A stretch of DNA of 64,000 nucleotides from a bacterium. Lineage in GTDB: Bacteria; Zhuqueibacterota; Zhuqueibacteria; Residuimicrobiales; Krinioviventaceae. Location of the stretch: NCBI GenBank assembly GCA_963693055.1, contig OY843751.1:5728001-5792000 (forward strand), read 5' to 3'. Shown piece by piece: positions 19,211 through 30,014 of the stretch. Both the position numbers and the translations under genes were made by a program. The first letter of the stretch is position 1, and the number at the start of each line of letters is the position of its first letter. Below the pieces are notes generated by a model. That model was not told the origin of the DNA. It saw nothing but the letters and a program-made list of their open reading frames with translations, and did not search any database.

Positions 19211-20959
19211 TCACCCCATCCTGTACTTGTTGGTAATGGGCATACGGCGGTCTTTGCCAAAAGCGCGAGGAGTTATTTTCACACCGGGCGCTGCCTGTCG
19301 GCGTTTATATTCATTAATATCCACCAGGCGAATTACATCCTTGATAGTTTGACGCTCATAGCCCTTGGCTTCAATATCATTAACACTGAGATCATCTTCC
19401 ACATAATATTCCAGGATCGCATCCAGAATTTCATAAGGCGGCAGACTGTCTTCATCTCTTTGATCGGGACGCAATTCCGCAGACGGCGCTTTGTCTATAA
19501 TGGATTGCGGGATGATATCGTAACCGGCAATCTCGTTGCGTCGCCTTGAAAGTTTATAAACCCACATCTTGTAAACATCTTTGAGCGGAGAAAATCCGCC
19601 CACCATGTCACCATAGATGGTGCTATACCCTACACTTACTTCACTCTTGTTGCCGGTTGCCAGGGCAATCCATCCAAACTTGTTTGAAAGCGCCATTACA
19701 ATAGCTCCGCGTATGCGGGCCTGCAAATTCTCTTCAGCTACATTAAAAGGCTGGTCTTTGAACAAGGGTTCCAATAGTCCCAAATAACTGTTGAATACAT
19801 CTTCAATGGCCAATTCATTCAATGTAATACCAAAATTCTCTGCCAGGCGCACAGAATCATCTACACTACCGCGAGATGAAAACCGCGTGGGCATGGTTAC
19901 ACAGTGTACATGCTCGGGTCCCAAGGCATCGGCGGCAATGGCCGCCACCAGCGCAGAATCAATTCCACCGGAAAGGCCAAACACCACCTCCTTGAATCCG
20001 TTCTTGTGCACATAATCTTTGAGACCCAGTATCAATGCCTGGTATACCTCATCTTCATCAGACAATCGCGGACGTCCCGGTGCGGTAATTTTCAGCTCGT
20101 CATGAACAAAACGTGTTTGCAGTTCTACATATCTCAAATATTCAAAAGGGCAGTTAAATGCCTGGGCATCCTGTTCAAAAGTCTTGTCATTTTCACGGTG
20201 TCTACGAATACGATCCACATCCACATCAAACACCAGCATATCTTTTTCAAAAGCATGACCATGGCCTGCAAGAGCACCTGTCTCATCCACAATCAGGCTG
20301 TGACCGTCAAAAACCAGCTCATCCTGACCGCCAACCAGGTTATTATAGATCACAAACGCACGGGTACGCTTTGCACGACTTTGGACCATTTCTAATCGTT
20401 CATTAAACTTGGCCATATAATAAGGAGATGCAGATATATTGATCAAAATTTCTGCTTCACCACAAAAAGCCTGACTCTCGGTAACACATTCTTTAATCCA
20501 AATATCCTCACAGATCCCAATTCCCAGCTTGACTCCGTTTACAGAAATCACAAGGGGTTCATTCCCTGCTTTAAAATATCGTTCTTCATCGAACACACTG
20601 TAATTGGGCAATTGGATCTTGTGATACACCTGCTGTACCTTGCCCTCGTGGATCACCGCAGCCGCATTAAACAGGTCTTTCTCTACCCTGTCTACAAATC
20701 CTACAATACAGACAATATCATCAACTTTTGAGGTAATTTCATCCAATATACTCAACTGGTCAACAATAAACTGGTTTCTTAACAACAAGTCCTCGGGGGG
20801 ATACCCCGTAATACTTAATTCCGGAAAAATCACAACATCACAATGTTGTTCAACGGCTTGTGAAATACCGGATAATATCTTGTCTCTGTTGCCAGTCAAG
20901 TCACCAACAATAAAATTATACTGGCACATTGCTATTTTTATATTCAAATCGGATCGCAT
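19211..20959 (-). CDS. nadE: glutamine-dependent NAD+ synthetase
   Basis: Nitrilase-fold domain (FPEL, K..LPNY.VFDE, ICED) plus SGGIDS, NLQARIR, TGNKSE, PSAEL. Confidence 0.97.
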   Translation of the reverse strand: MRSDLNIKIAMCQYNFIVGDLTGNRDKILSGISQAVEQHCDVVIFPELSITGYPPEDLLLRNQFIVDQLSILDEITSKVDDIVCIVGFVDRVEKDLFNAAAVIHEGKVQQVYHKIQLPNYSVFDEERYFKAGNEPLVISVNGVKLGIGICEDIWIKECVTESQAFCGEAEILINISASPYYMAKFNERLEMVQSRAKRTRAFVIYNNLVGGQDELVFDGHSLIVDETGALAGHGHAFEKDMLVFDVDVDRIRRHRENDKTFEQDAQAFNCPFEYLRYVELQTRFVHDELKITAPGRPRLSDEDEVYQALILGLKDYVHKNGFKEVVFGLSGGIDSALVAAIAADALGPEHVHCVTMPTRFSSRGSVDDSVRLAENFGITLNELAIEDVFNSYLGLLEPLFKDQPFNVAEENLQARIRGAIVMALSNKFGWIALATGNKSEVSVGYSTIYGDMVGGFSPLKDVYKMWVYKLSRRRNEIAGYDIIPQSIIDKAPSAELRPDQRDEDSLPPYEILDAILEYYVEDDLSVNDIEAKGYERQTIKDVIRLVDINEYKRRQAAPGVKITPRAFGKDRRMPITNKYRMG

Positions 20960-21120
20960 TCATACTCCTGAAAATTATATCAAATAAATTATAAAAAATT
21001 TTCAGGATTTCAAAGCAATTCTAAAATAACATGAAATAAATAAAGGTTTTTAATCGTTTTTTTACAGGCATACGGAATTGTTTTCAAATCCGGTTAATAC
21101 AAAATCTCTTTATAAACAAA

Positions 21121-21149
21121 TTGACTTTTAATGTTCCGGTTTGTACATT
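21121..21149 (+). promoter_or_regulatory. sigma70-like promoter of the polysaccharide operon
   Basis: TTGACT-N17-TACATT. Confidence 0.5.
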
Positions 21150-21206
21150 TATCTCTTGTAATTATTGAGGTTTATGTATTTATAATTGTACAGCAGCAGG
21201 GAGAAT

Positions 21207-22211
21207 ATGACAAAATACCTGGTAACCGGTGGTTCAGGTTTTATTGGCAGTAATTTTATTCACTACCTTTTTAAAAAATACGGGGACTCTATTCACGTAA
21301 CCAACCTGGACAAATTAACTTATGCGGGAAACCCCGACAACCTGTTAGACGTTGAAAACAGAACAAACTATACCTTTGTCAAGGGAGATATTTGCGATAC
21401 CAATATTGTAAACCCCCTGGTGGCAGAGTGTGATATTGTTGTTAATTTTGCAGCAGAAAGCCATGTTGACCGGTCCATCGGCAGCCCCGATGACTTTATC
21501 AAAACCGATGTTTATGGCGCATTTGTACTGCTCGAAGCCGCACGCATCAGCAATATTCAAAAATTTATCCAGATCAGTACTGATGAGGTATATGGCAGCA
21601 TTCTTGATGGTGCTTTCAAAGAGACAGATGTGTTAGAACCTTCCAGCCCTTATTCTGCATCCAAAGCGGGCGCTGATCGGCTGGCTTTTTCATATTTTGT
21701 GACTTATGATGTGCCGGTAACCATTTCCCGTTGCTCAAACAATTACGGTTTGTACCAGTATCCTGAAAAGCTGATCTCACTGTTTGTTACTAACGCTATT
21801 GAAGACAAACCCTTGCCAGTGTACGGTGACGGCAAATACGTTAGAGACTGGATTTATGTAATGGACCATTGTGACGCGATCGATTTCCTGATCCAGAATG
21901 GTGAAAACGGTCAGGTTTACAATATTGGTGGCGGCAATGAAAGAAACAACCTGGAAATTACTCACTTTATCCTGGATGCACTCAACAAATCCAATGATTT
22001 AATTACTTATGTAAAAGACAGACCCGGTCACGACAGACGCTATGCTGTAGATATGAGTAAAATCAAAGCCCTGGGTTGGGAACCCTCACATACATTGCAG
22101 GAAGCCCTTACAAAAACCATCAACTGGTATGTTGAGAATGACTGGTGGTGGAAAAAAATCAAATCCGGTGAATATTTAGACTATTATAAAAATCATTATA
22201 AAATGGATTAA
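21207..22211 (+). CDS. rfbB: dTDP-glucose 4,6-dehydratase
   Basis: GGSGFIG, AAESHVDRSI, STDEVYG, YSASK, DRPGHDRRY; ATG 21207 follows GGGAG. Confidence 0.95.
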   Translation: MTKYLVTGGSGFIGSNFIHYLFKKYGDSIHVTNLDKLTYAGNPDNLLDVENRTNYTFVKGDICDTNIVNPLVAECDIVVNFAAESHVDRSIGSPDDFIKTDVYGAFVLLEAARISNIQKFIQISTDEVYGSILDGAFKETDVLEPSSPYSASKAGADRLAFSYFVTYDVPVTISRCSNNYGLYQYPEKLISLFVTNAIEDKPLPVYGDGKYVRDWIYVMDHCDAIDFLIQNGENGQVYNIGGGNERNNLEITHFILDALNKSNDLITYVKDRPGHDRRYAVDMSKIKALGWEPSHTLQEALTKTINWYVENDWWWKKIKSGEYLDYYKNHYKMD

Positions 22212-22244
22212 CAAATTTCAGCCTTTTGGTAAAAAGGAGTATAT

Positions 22245-23570
22245 ATGAGCATTGAACAAAAAATCAAAAACAAAGACGTATTGGTAGGTGTTGTAGGCTT
22301 GGGATACGTTGGTCTTCCGCTGGCTGTTGAATTTGCAGACAAGGGATTCAAAGTCATAGGTATTGACAAAAGCCAGAAAAAAGTAGACCTTTTAAACAGC
22401 GGCAAAAACTATATCGATGATGTTGAAGATGCCAAATTTGAAAAAGCATTCAAAGCCGGTCTGTTTTCTGCCACTACCGAGTACGACCAGGCAGATCAGA
22501 TGGACATTATCTATATCTGTGTACCTACTCCCTTTACCGCAAACAAAGAACCCGATGTTTCTTACATTGTAGACGCGGGTAAAGGTGTTGCTCCAAAACT
22601 CCGTAAAGATCAAATTATTATCCTGAAAAGCACAACTTTTCCTGACACCACCGAAGGTGTTTTGCAACCCATCCTGGAAGCCAACGGAATGGTAGCAGGT
22701 AAAGATTATTATCTTGCTTTTTCACCAGAACGTATTGATCCCGGAAATAAAAATTTTACAACAGCAAACACCCCGGTTGTAGTTGGTGGTGTAACAAAAA
22801 AATGTACCGAACTGGCGTGTCTGGTTAACGAACAGATCATCAATACAGTTGTTCCGGTTTCATCTCCCAAAGTTGCTGAAATGGAAAAGTTGCTTGAAAA
22901 TATTTTCCGCAGTGTAAATATTGCGCTAGTAAACGAAATGGCCCGTCTGTGTGACCGCATGGGTGGAATTGACATCTGGGAAGTGGTTGAAGCCGCGGCA
23001 ACAAAGCCCTTTGGTTATATGCCCTTTTTTCCGGGACCCGGAATTGGCGGCCACTGTATTCTAATTGATCCCTATTATTTATCCTGGAAAGCGCGCGAAT
23101 ACGATTTCCATACCAACTTTATTGAACTGGCAGCAGAAACCAATGAAGACATGCCCTTTTATGTATTGGGACTCATTCGTCGGGCTTTGGGCCAGGTGGG
23201 TGTACCCTTTAACAATGCAAAAATTCTCATTCTGGGTGTAGCCTTTAAAAAAGATATTGATGACATGCGCGAATCCCCGGCATTAAAGGTTATGAAGTTC
23301 CTGGATGAACGCGGTGCAACTGAAATATCTTATAATGACCCCTATGTTCCGGAAATACAGTTCAAAGGAAACACACTAAAATCCACTGAACTGACCGCAG
23401 AGTGCCTGGAGTCATTTGATGTTGCGGTTATTGCAACTGACCATACAGCTTATGATCCTGAATTCATTGTTAAACACTCTAAAGCTGTTGTTGATACCCG
23501 AAATCTTACTAAAAATGTAGATGATGTAGATAAAAAGATCACGAAACTTGGATCAGGTACCCGATTCTAA
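22245..23570 (+). CDS. nucleotide-sugar (UDP-N-acetylhexosamine) 6-dehydrogenase, WbpA/WecC family
   Basis: GLGYVG, FSPERIDPG, KLLEN.FR.VNIA, GIGGHCI, RESP. Confidence 0.92.
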   Translation: MSIEQKIKNKDVLVGVVGLGYVGLPLAVEFADKGFKVIGIDKSQKKVDLLNSGKNYIDDVEDAKFEKAFKAGLFSATTEYDQADQMDIIYICVPTPFTANKEPDVSYIVDAGKGVAPKLRKDQIIILKSTTFPDTTEGVLQPILEANGMVAGKDYYLAFSPERIDPGNKNFTTANTPVVVGGVTKKCTELACLVNEQIINTVVPVSSPKVAEMEKLLENIFRSVNIALVNEMARLCDRMGGIDIWEVVEAAATKPFGYMPFFPGPGIGGHCILIDPYYLSWKAREYDFHTNFIELAAETNEDMPFYVLGLIRRALGQVGVPFNNAKILILGVAFKKDIDDMRESPALKVMKFLDERGATEISYNDPYVPEIQFKGNTLKSTELTAECLESFDVAVIATDHTAYDPEFIVKHSKAVVDTRNLTKNVDDVDKKITKLGSGTRF

Positions 23571-23579
23571 GGATATATT

Positions 23580-24677
23580 ATGTTAAAAATTGCAAATATT
23601 GTTGGGGCCAGACCCAACTTTATGAAAATTGCACCTATACACAGACGGATGCAGGCAAGTTCAAAAATTGAACCTCTGCTTATACATACCGGACAGCATT
23701 ATGATGAAAAAATGTCTAAAACATTTTTCACTGAACTTGGCATGCCGGAACCCGACCTTTATCTAGGGGTCGGTTCCGGAACTCATGCTGAACAAACCGC
23801 TGCTGTTATGATTGCGCTTGAAAAGACCTTTATGGAACAAAAACCAGACTGGGTTCTGGTAGTTGGCGATGTAAACTCTACTATTGCGGCTTCTCTTGCT
23901 GCATCAAAATTACACATCCCCATTGCTCATGTGGAAGCAGGTCTGCGCAGCTTTGACCGTCAAATGCCGGAAGAGATCAATCGAATTCTTACAGATTCAA
24001 TCTCTGATCTTTTGTTTATCACCGAGCAGAGCGGCATTGACAATCTGGCAAAAGAGGGAATTCCGTCAGACAAGATCCATATGGTGGGCAATGTGATGAT
24101 AGATTCTCTCATTGAACACCTCAAAGCGTCAGAAGCCTTGACTGTTCTTGAAGAAAATAACCTGGAACCAAATGGTTACGCTCTCGTTACATTACACAGA
24201 CCCTCAAATGTTGATAATCCTGAAATTCTGCAACAGATACTAGACACATTTGAAACTGTACAAAAAGATTTACCCATATTTTTCCCAATTCATCCAAGAA
24301 CACGGAAAAATCTGGAGAAATTTGGTCTGCTTGATAAGGTTGAACAAATGCAAAACATCCAATTGGTGGATCCCATCGGTTACCTGGCATTTTTAAGACT
24401 GATGAGCAAAGCCAGACTGGTACTGACCGATTCCGGTGGTATTCAGGAAGAAACAACCTATTTGGGAATCCCCTGTATCACATTACGGGAAAACACTGAA
24501 CGCCCCATAACGGTTGAACTGGGAACAAACAAACTGATAGGTGTTCAACCCGATGCAATATTAAAAGCATATCAGGAGACCATGAATGGCGATCAAAAAC
24601 AACACTCGATTCCACCATTATGGGATGGAGAAGCATCCAAAAGGATTGTTGAGGTTTTTGAAGCATTAGCATCATAA
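23580..24677 (+). CDS. wecB: UDP-N-acetylglucosamine 2-epimerase (non-hydrolysing)
   Basis: VGARPNFMK, HTGQHYD, HVEAGLRS, PEEINR, TDSGGIQEE. Confidence 0.95.
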   Translation: MLKIANIVGARPNFMKIAPIHRRMQASSKIEPLLIHTGQHYDEKMSKTFFTELGMPEPDLYLGVGSGTHAEQTAAVMIALEKTFMEQKPDWVLVVGDVNSTIAASLAASKLHIPIAHVEAGLRSFDRQMPEEINRILTDSISDLLFITEQSGIDNLAKEGIPSDKIHMVGNVMIDSLIEHLKASEALTVLEENNLEPNGYALVTLHRPSNVDNPEILQQILDTFETVQKDLPIFFPIHPRTRKNLEKFGLLDKVEQMQNIQLVDPIGYLAFLRLMSKARLVLTDSGGIQEETTYLGIPCITLRENTERPITVELGTNKLIGVQPDAILKAYQETMNGDQKQHSIPPLWDGEASKRIVEVFEALAS

Positions 24678-24713
24678 TTTAGAATTACATATATCAGATT
24701 TTTTGGAGGAGAA

Positions 24714-26450
24714 ATGTATAAAACCATCCTGGCATCTCTGTCACTATTAATTCTCTCATTAACGGTGACAGCACAGGATTTTAGTAGTATTGAAAGCCTA
24801 AGCTCTTTAAAAAATATATCCAAACCCGCACAAAGTGCAAGTATTACTCCCTCTACACCTATCGAGTACCCTGTTGATGAAAACGAGTACAGAGTAGGCC
24901 CCGGTGACATTATTCAAATTGTTGTAGGAAATCGCGAAGAATCAACATTCAACAATTTAAAAATATCACCAGAAGGTAGTTTATCTATTCCCTCTGTGGG
25001 AAGTGTAGATCTTACAGGAATGACACTGGCACACGCCAAATCAGAAATTACAGAACTTGTTAAAAGTAAATACCTTGATGATAATATTGAAATCACACTG
25101 ATGGATGTAAGGTCTTTTAAAGTTACGGTTAGTGGTGCGGTTAACAGTCCGGGGTTGGTAATAGTAACTGCCGGAGACAGAGTTTCAGATGCTATTTATC
25201 TGGCCGGTGGATTTGAAATGGAAGCCCCTCCTGAGAATCTCCCCAAGAAACCAACTGCCCGAACCAATCCTAACGCACAACAAACCCAAAAGCCGGAAAA
25301 CAGTGAATTTGATCTGGAAATCACCAATCCGCAGGAAAAAGATCGTGAAATTGTTGCATCCAAACGTAACATTACTGTTAAACGCCGTACCGGTGAGGTT
25401 TTGAATGCCGATTACCTGAAATATTCATTGATTGGTGATCTGGATGCGAATCCCGTTTTGGTTGATGGAGATGTTGTAACAATTTCCAGCCTCAAAGAAG
25501 GATTAGGCCAGGTTTCCATATTCGGAGCAGTAAAAAATCCGAAAACCTATGAATATCTGCCCGGTGACAGAGTTAAAGATATTCTCAATATGGCCCACGG
25601 TTTTACCATAGATGCAGACTCTTCTCAACTTGAACTGGTTCGTTTTACCAACCACGCTTCTGCAACTAAAAAGATCAACATGTTGCTGGATACTCCGGAA
25701 CGTAAAAAAGAATCATTAAATTTTATGCTAAAACCGGACGATCGGTTGTTTGTTCAACAAATACCCAACTATCACTCTAAACAAACCGTCGAGATTAAGG
25801 GAGAAGTTCTTTACCCCAATAAATATGCACTGGATGATACCGTAAGACGATTAAAAGATGTTGTTAGACTTGCGGGTGGCTTTACATCCAACGCCTCTTT
25901 GAAAAATGCATACATCATTCGCCGCGCGTTGGAAAACGTTCAAGATCCAGAATTTATCCGTTTGCAGAATATGATGGTTGCAGACATGACCGAGATGGAA
26001 CGCGATTATTTCAAAGTTAAATCCCGTGAACGTACCGGCCAAATGGGTATCGACTTTATTCAAGTCTTTGAACAAAATGATGAGCAGCAAAACATTCTAC
26101 TACGCGATCAGGACCTTATCGTTATACCGACCAAAGATCTGACAGTGAATATTGCCGGCCAGGTTATTAACCCCGGATTGATTCCCTTTGAAAACAACAA
26201 AAAACTGGAATACTATATTGCAGAAGCTGGTGGATATAACTATAACGCTAAAAAATCCAAAGTTCATATTATCAAAGCAAAAACCGGTGAATGGCTCAGA
26301 CCGGGCAGAAAAGTTTCCATTGAAGTAGGAGATACTATCTTTGTTCCTGAAAAAGGAGAAATCGATTGGTGGGAACTGACTCGAGACCTGGTACAGGTGG
26401 GATACCAACTGGCAACCATTTACCTTGTTATAGAAAGAACACAAAAGTAA
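24714..26450 (+). CDS. polysaccharide export protein with multiple SLBB domains (Wza/KpsD-like)
   Basis: Y.VGPGD poly_export start; repeated V.G.V..PG / AGG SLBB motifs; GD.I.VP. Confidence 0.85.
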   Translation: MYKTILASLSLLILSLTVTAQDFSSIESLSSLKNISKPAQSASITPSTPIEYPVDENEYRVGPGDIIQIVVGNREESTFNNLKISPEGSLSIPSVGSVDLTGMTLAHAKSEITELVKSKYLDDNIEITLMDVRSFKVTVSGAVNSPGLVIVTAGDRVSDAIYLAGGFEMEAPPENLPKKPTARTNPNAQQTQKPENSEFDLEITNPQEKDREIVASKRNITVKRRTGEVLNADYLKYSLIGDLDANPVLVDGDVVTISSLKEGLGQVSIFGAVKNPKTYEYLPGDRVKDILNMAHGFTIDADSSQLELVRFTNHASATKKINMLLDTPERKKESLNFMLKPDDRLFVQQIPNYHSKQTVEIKGEVLYPNKYALDDTVRRLKDVVRLAGGFTSNASLKNAYIIRRALENVQDPEFIRLQNMMVADMTEMERDYFKVKSRERTGQMGIDFIQVFEQNDEQQNILLRDQDLIVIPTKDLTVNIAGQVINPGLIPFENNKKLEYYIAEAGGYNYNAKKSKVHIIKAKTGEWLRPGRKVSIEVGDTIFVPEKGEIDWWELTRDLVQVGYQLATIYLVIERTQK

Positions 26451-26486
26451 AAAAAAGGCCGCTGAAATTCAGCGGCCTTTTTTTTT
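26449..26486. terminator. bidirectional intrinsic terminator
   Basis: A-run-GGCCGCTGAA-A-TTCAGCGGCC-T-run between convergent genes. Confidence 0.85.
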
Positions 26487-27354
26487 ACTCTATAATACCT
26501 CGGGTTTTTAACCATTCAATGCATAACATGGGCCAATAACGAAAGGCCATGTCTTTGGGACCCAAGCCCAATCCATGACGCCCTTGTTCAAAGATATGCA
26601 TCTCTGCAGGAACACCGGCTTTTCTTAATCCCAGATAAAACAAAACGCTGTTTTCAGAGGGAACACCCGTATCTTCATTGGTATGTGCCAGAAACGTGGG
26701 GGGGGTATCTTGAGTAATGCTTTGATTGTTTGAAAACTTTTCAACCAGTACAGGATCCGGATTTTCTCCCAACAGATTCCGCTTTGATCCCTGGTGTGTA
26801 TATTCGGAATTCAAAGAAATTACCGGATATATCAAAAGCATAAAATCGGGTCTGCAGCTCATTTTTTCAATAGGGTCCTTGGCATCGGGATTACCCAGAT
26901 CAAAATGAGTACCCGTTGTTGAAGCCAGGTGACCACCTGCTGAAAATCCAATTACACCTATTTTGTTTGGATCAATATTCCATTTTTTTGCATTATAACG
27001 CACCGTTCGAATGGCGTGTTGTGCATCTGTCAAAGGTACAGGATGCTGACTGCCCTTGCCGCGGCGATAGGTTGTGATAATTCCCGCAATACCATTTTCA
27101 TTCAACCATTCAGCAATCTGTTTTCCTTCATGGTCAGTTGCCAGTCCCGAATAACCACCACCAGGATAAATAACCACAGCAGCGCCTGTATTTTTTTCGG
27201 GTTCAGGTAAATAGATGCTCATCATGGGTTCTTCTGCGGTTTGTTCTGCTGTTTTCAGAGGTACACCATCTGGCCACAAGGATTGTACGGTTGGCTTTTC
27301 AGCAGCCCACAAATTTATTGCAATTAACATGAAAATACCTGCTATTCTTTTCAC
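26485..27354 (-). CDS. secreted alpha/beta hydrolase (carbohydrate esterase-like)
   Basis: PGGGY, GFSAGG nucleophile elbow, D..VP, HGLGLG; likely GTG start at 27354 after AGGGAG. Confidence 0.88.
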   Translation of the reverse strand: MKRIAGIFMLIAINLWAAEKPTVQSLWPDGVPLKTAEQTAEEPMMSIYLPEPEKNTGAAVVIYPGGGYSGLATDHEGKQIAEWLNENGIAGIITTYRRGKGSQHPVPLTDAQHAIRTVRYNAKKWNIDPNKIGVIGFSAGGHLASTTGTHFDLGNPDAKDPIEKMSCRPDFMLLIYPVISLNSEYTHQGSKRNLLGENPDPVLVEKFSNNQSITQDTPPTFLAHTNEDTGVPSENSVLFYLGLRKAGVPAEMHIFEQGRHGLGLGPKDMAFRYWPMLCIEWLKTRGIIE

Positions 27355-27433
27355 GGTCAACTCCCTATTTACTTTTTTCATATTTAAAATTTTCTTATAA
27401 TACAGAAATTCTGTACAAGAAACAAGAAAAGAT

Positions 27434-27943
27434 ATGTTGAGAAATATAAAAACCTTTTCAGTAGATACATGTTCCCTTTTGCTGCTGCATCGATCAGACA
27501 CCTTGGAACTTGCAATGCAGCATTACCAGCTCTTTTCTCCATCTCAGGTAATCATAGAGCTGAAAGAAAAATCATTCCATGGAATTCATGAAAAACTACT
27601 CGAAAGAATACATACTGTTGATGTAAAAATAACAAACCCAATCAACAAAACCTGTCTGTCTCTAGCGGATAAGGCTGTCATCTCATTGTACTTGTCAGCC
27701 AATTGCGATGCTGTATTAAGCGATGATAAGAAAATATTGCTTTATTGCAAAGACAATAATATTCCACACTTTTCCTGTGTTTCAATCTATGCGTTAATGC
27801 AATATCAAAACATTCTTGATAATAAAACGGCTGAAACTTTGATTTTAAACATGGGCAAGATAGGCAGGTATTCTGAAAAAATAATCAAAATGGCATTGGA
27901 TCTACAAAACAAATGGCCCGCCAAAAAGACGGGCCACATTTAA
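27434..27943 (+). CDS. PIN-domain-like hypothetical protein
   Basis: N-terminal VDT, V..EL, AD..I, LSDD acidic pattern of PIN folds. Confidence 0.5.
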   Translation: MLRNIKTFSVDTCSLLLLHRSDTLELAMQHYQLFSPSQVIIELKEKSFHGIHEKLLERIHTVDVKITNPINKTCLSLADKAVISLYLSANCDAVLSDDKKILLYCKDNNIPHFSCVSIYALMQYQNILDNKTAETLILNMGKIGRYSEKIIKMALDLQNKWPAKKTGHI

Positions 27944-27947
27944 AAAA

Positions 27948-29288
27948 TCACTGGTTTGAAAAGATCTGAAAACCACTATATGCTTCCATACCATGTTCAC
28001 CAATATCAAGACCACCCAGTTCTTCATCCTCAGTAACACGGATACCCAGGGTTGCTTTTAATATTGAAAAGATGATAAAAGCGGCTATTGTACACAAAAC
28101 ACCTGCTGCCAATACACCAATCAGTTGGTTTAAAATACTATATTCTTTACTGAAAATGCCAACTGCCAATGTACCCCAAACACCACAAACCAGGTGAACA
28201 GAGATAGCACCAACAGGATCATCAACTTTAAGATGATCAACAGCCAACACAGAAAATACAACAATAACACCGGCAATCAAACCGATAATAATTGCAAAAG
28301 GAATAGAAACAACATCTGCACCGGCTGTAATTCCTACCAGACCGGCAAGTGAACCGTTCAAGACCATGGTCAGATCCGGTTTCTTTTGTACACTCCACGA
28401 AGTAATCATTGAAGAAATAATTCCAGCAGAAGCGGCTAGAGAGGTAGTAACCAGAACATATGATACAGCACCAGGATCAGCAGACAATACAGAGCCGCCA
28501 TTAAAACCAAACCAGCCCATCCACAACAAAAAGACACCAATGGCTGCCAACGGCATGCTGTGGCCCATAATGGGTTTAATATGGCCATTTACAAACTTGC
28601 CGGTACGAGGTCCCAGAACTATTGCGCCAACCAGGGCTGCCCATCCACCAACAGAATGTACAAAGGTTGAACCTGCAAAATCATGGAAATTCAAGTCAGC
28701 AAGCCAACCACCACCCCATCCCCATGAACCAACGATGGGATAAACGATGGCAATATAAATCATAGAGAAAATAAGAAAACTGTTCAGTTTTATACGTTCT
28801 GCAACAGCACCGGAAACAATCGTAGCAGCGGTAGCTGCAAACATTCCCTGAAACAAGAAATCGGTCCAATAAGTATAACCAGGATTATAAGCGCTTGTAA
28901 GACCAGCTGCGTCAGTACCAACACCAAATCCTGCAAATCCTAGAACCTTGCCCAGCAGCCAGGCATCACCAGGATACATTAAATTAAAACCCATCAAGGT
29001 ATAGGTCAGCAACCCAATGGATACAATTAATGTATTTTTGAACAAAATATTTACCGTATTTTTTGCACGAGTTAAACCCGTTTCAAGGGTAGCAAAACCC
29101 AAATGCATTATAAAGACTAAAAATGTAGCAACCATCATCCAGGTATTGTTAACCGTAAACAAAACATCGCTTGCTGAAACAGCATCGCCTGCTGCTTCCT
29201 GGGCAAAAACGCTTGTAGCAAATAAAAAAACTCCTCCAATAATACCAAATTTGAAATTTTTCAAAACTCCTCCTAATATCTGATCCAT
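27948..29288 (-). CDS. amtB: ammonium transporter
   Basis: FQGMFAAT...SGAVAER, DFAGS..VH, GWFGFNGGS, DDPVGAISVH. Confidence 0.97.
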   Translation of the reverse strand: MDQILGGVLKNFKFGIIGGVFLFATSVFAQEAAGDAVSASDVLFTVNNTWMMVATFLVFIMHLGFATLETGLTRAKNTVNILFKNTLIVSIGLLTYTLMGFNLMYPGDAWLLGKVLGFAGFGVGTDAAGLTSAYNPGYTYWTDFLFQGMFAATAATIVSGAVAERIKLNSFLIFSMIYIAIVYPIVGSWGWGGGWLADLNFHDFAGSTFVHSVGGWAALVGAIVLGPRTGKFVNGHIKPIMGHSMPLAAIGVFLLWMGWFGFNGGSVLSADPGAVSYVLVTTSLAASAGIISSMITSWSVQKKPDLTMVLNGSLAGLVGITAGADVVSIPFAIIIGLIAGVIVVFSVLAVDHLKVDDPVGAISVHLVCGVWGTLAVGIFSKEYSILNQLIGVLAAGVLCTIAAFIIFSILKATLGIRVTEDEELGGLDIGEHGMEAYSGFQIFSNQ

Positions 29289-29294
29289 TAATAA

Positions 29295-29636
29295 TTACCC
29301 GATGGCATCATGGCCCGTTTCTCCGGTACGAATACGAATACAATCATCCAGAGAAAGCACAAAGATTTTTCCATCACCAATATTTCCGGTTCGCGCACCC
29401 TGAATAATTGCATCAATTGTGGGTTCCAAAAATTCATTATTGATTGCCACTTCAATACGAAGTTTTTTCAATAAATTCACCTCAATATCCGTACCGCGAT
29501 AGGTTTCATGATAACCCATCTGCTGACCACAACCCAAAGCATTCGTAACAGACATTTTGTAAATTTCGTGTTCATAAAGTGCCTGTTTTACAGAATTCAA
29601 TTTTTCGGGTTGTATATAAGCAATTACAAGTTTCAT
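29295..29636 (-). CDS. glnK: P-II nitrogen regulatory protein
   Basis: G.GQQ.G..E.YRG T-loop, [16 protein letters not shown]; directly upstream of amt. Confidence 0.93.
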   Translation of the reverse strand: MKLVIAYIQPEKLNSVKQALYEHEIYKMSVTNALGCGQQMGYHETYRGTDIEVNLLKKLRIEVAINNEFLEPTIDAIIQGARTGNIGDGKIFVLSLDDCIRIRTGETGHDAIG

Positions 29637-29683
29637 TTAACACTCCCGTTAATTAATAAAAAACAGCTAGTTTTAATGACATT

Positions 29684-29699
29684 GTCAAATATCATACCA
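29684..29699 (-). promoter_or_regulatory. sigma54-like promoter of glnK-amt (variant -12)
   Basis: Minus strand TGGTAT-GATAT-TTGAC, 48 bp upstream of glnK. Confidence 0.4.
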
Positions 29700-29970
29700 A
29701 AATCGAAAGCATACACAAGTGCTTGTTTTGAAAGAAGTTACAAGAAATAAGGTGAAATATTTCCCTACATAAATGGAGTAAAAAAATAAATAAACTACAT
29801 TTTTGTATATTACAAAAAACGCAATAACACAAACATTTTTAATTTATCACGGCATGTTATGCTGTTTTTTATAGACTTGTGAATAGTTGTTGTAACCGGG
29901 AAAATCAAAAGGAAGGCATGAAAACTACTATTTTGAAAGAATAAATAAAAAATCCTACAAAAATGAATAT

Positions 29971-30002
29971 TTCAAAAAAGGCCGCGTTCGGCCTTTTTTG
30001 AA
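29971..30002. terminator. intrinsic terminator downstream of the 30015-32567 DUF3160 gene
   Basis: TTCAAAAAAGGCCG-CGTT-CGGCCTTTTTTGAA. Confidence 0.8.
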
Positions 30003-30014
30003 ATTATTACACTT

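Noticed and set aside
19211-29636. Functional nadE-PII gene cluster
   Set aside because: Separated by over 8 kb and an oppositely oriented operon; no direct linkage visible
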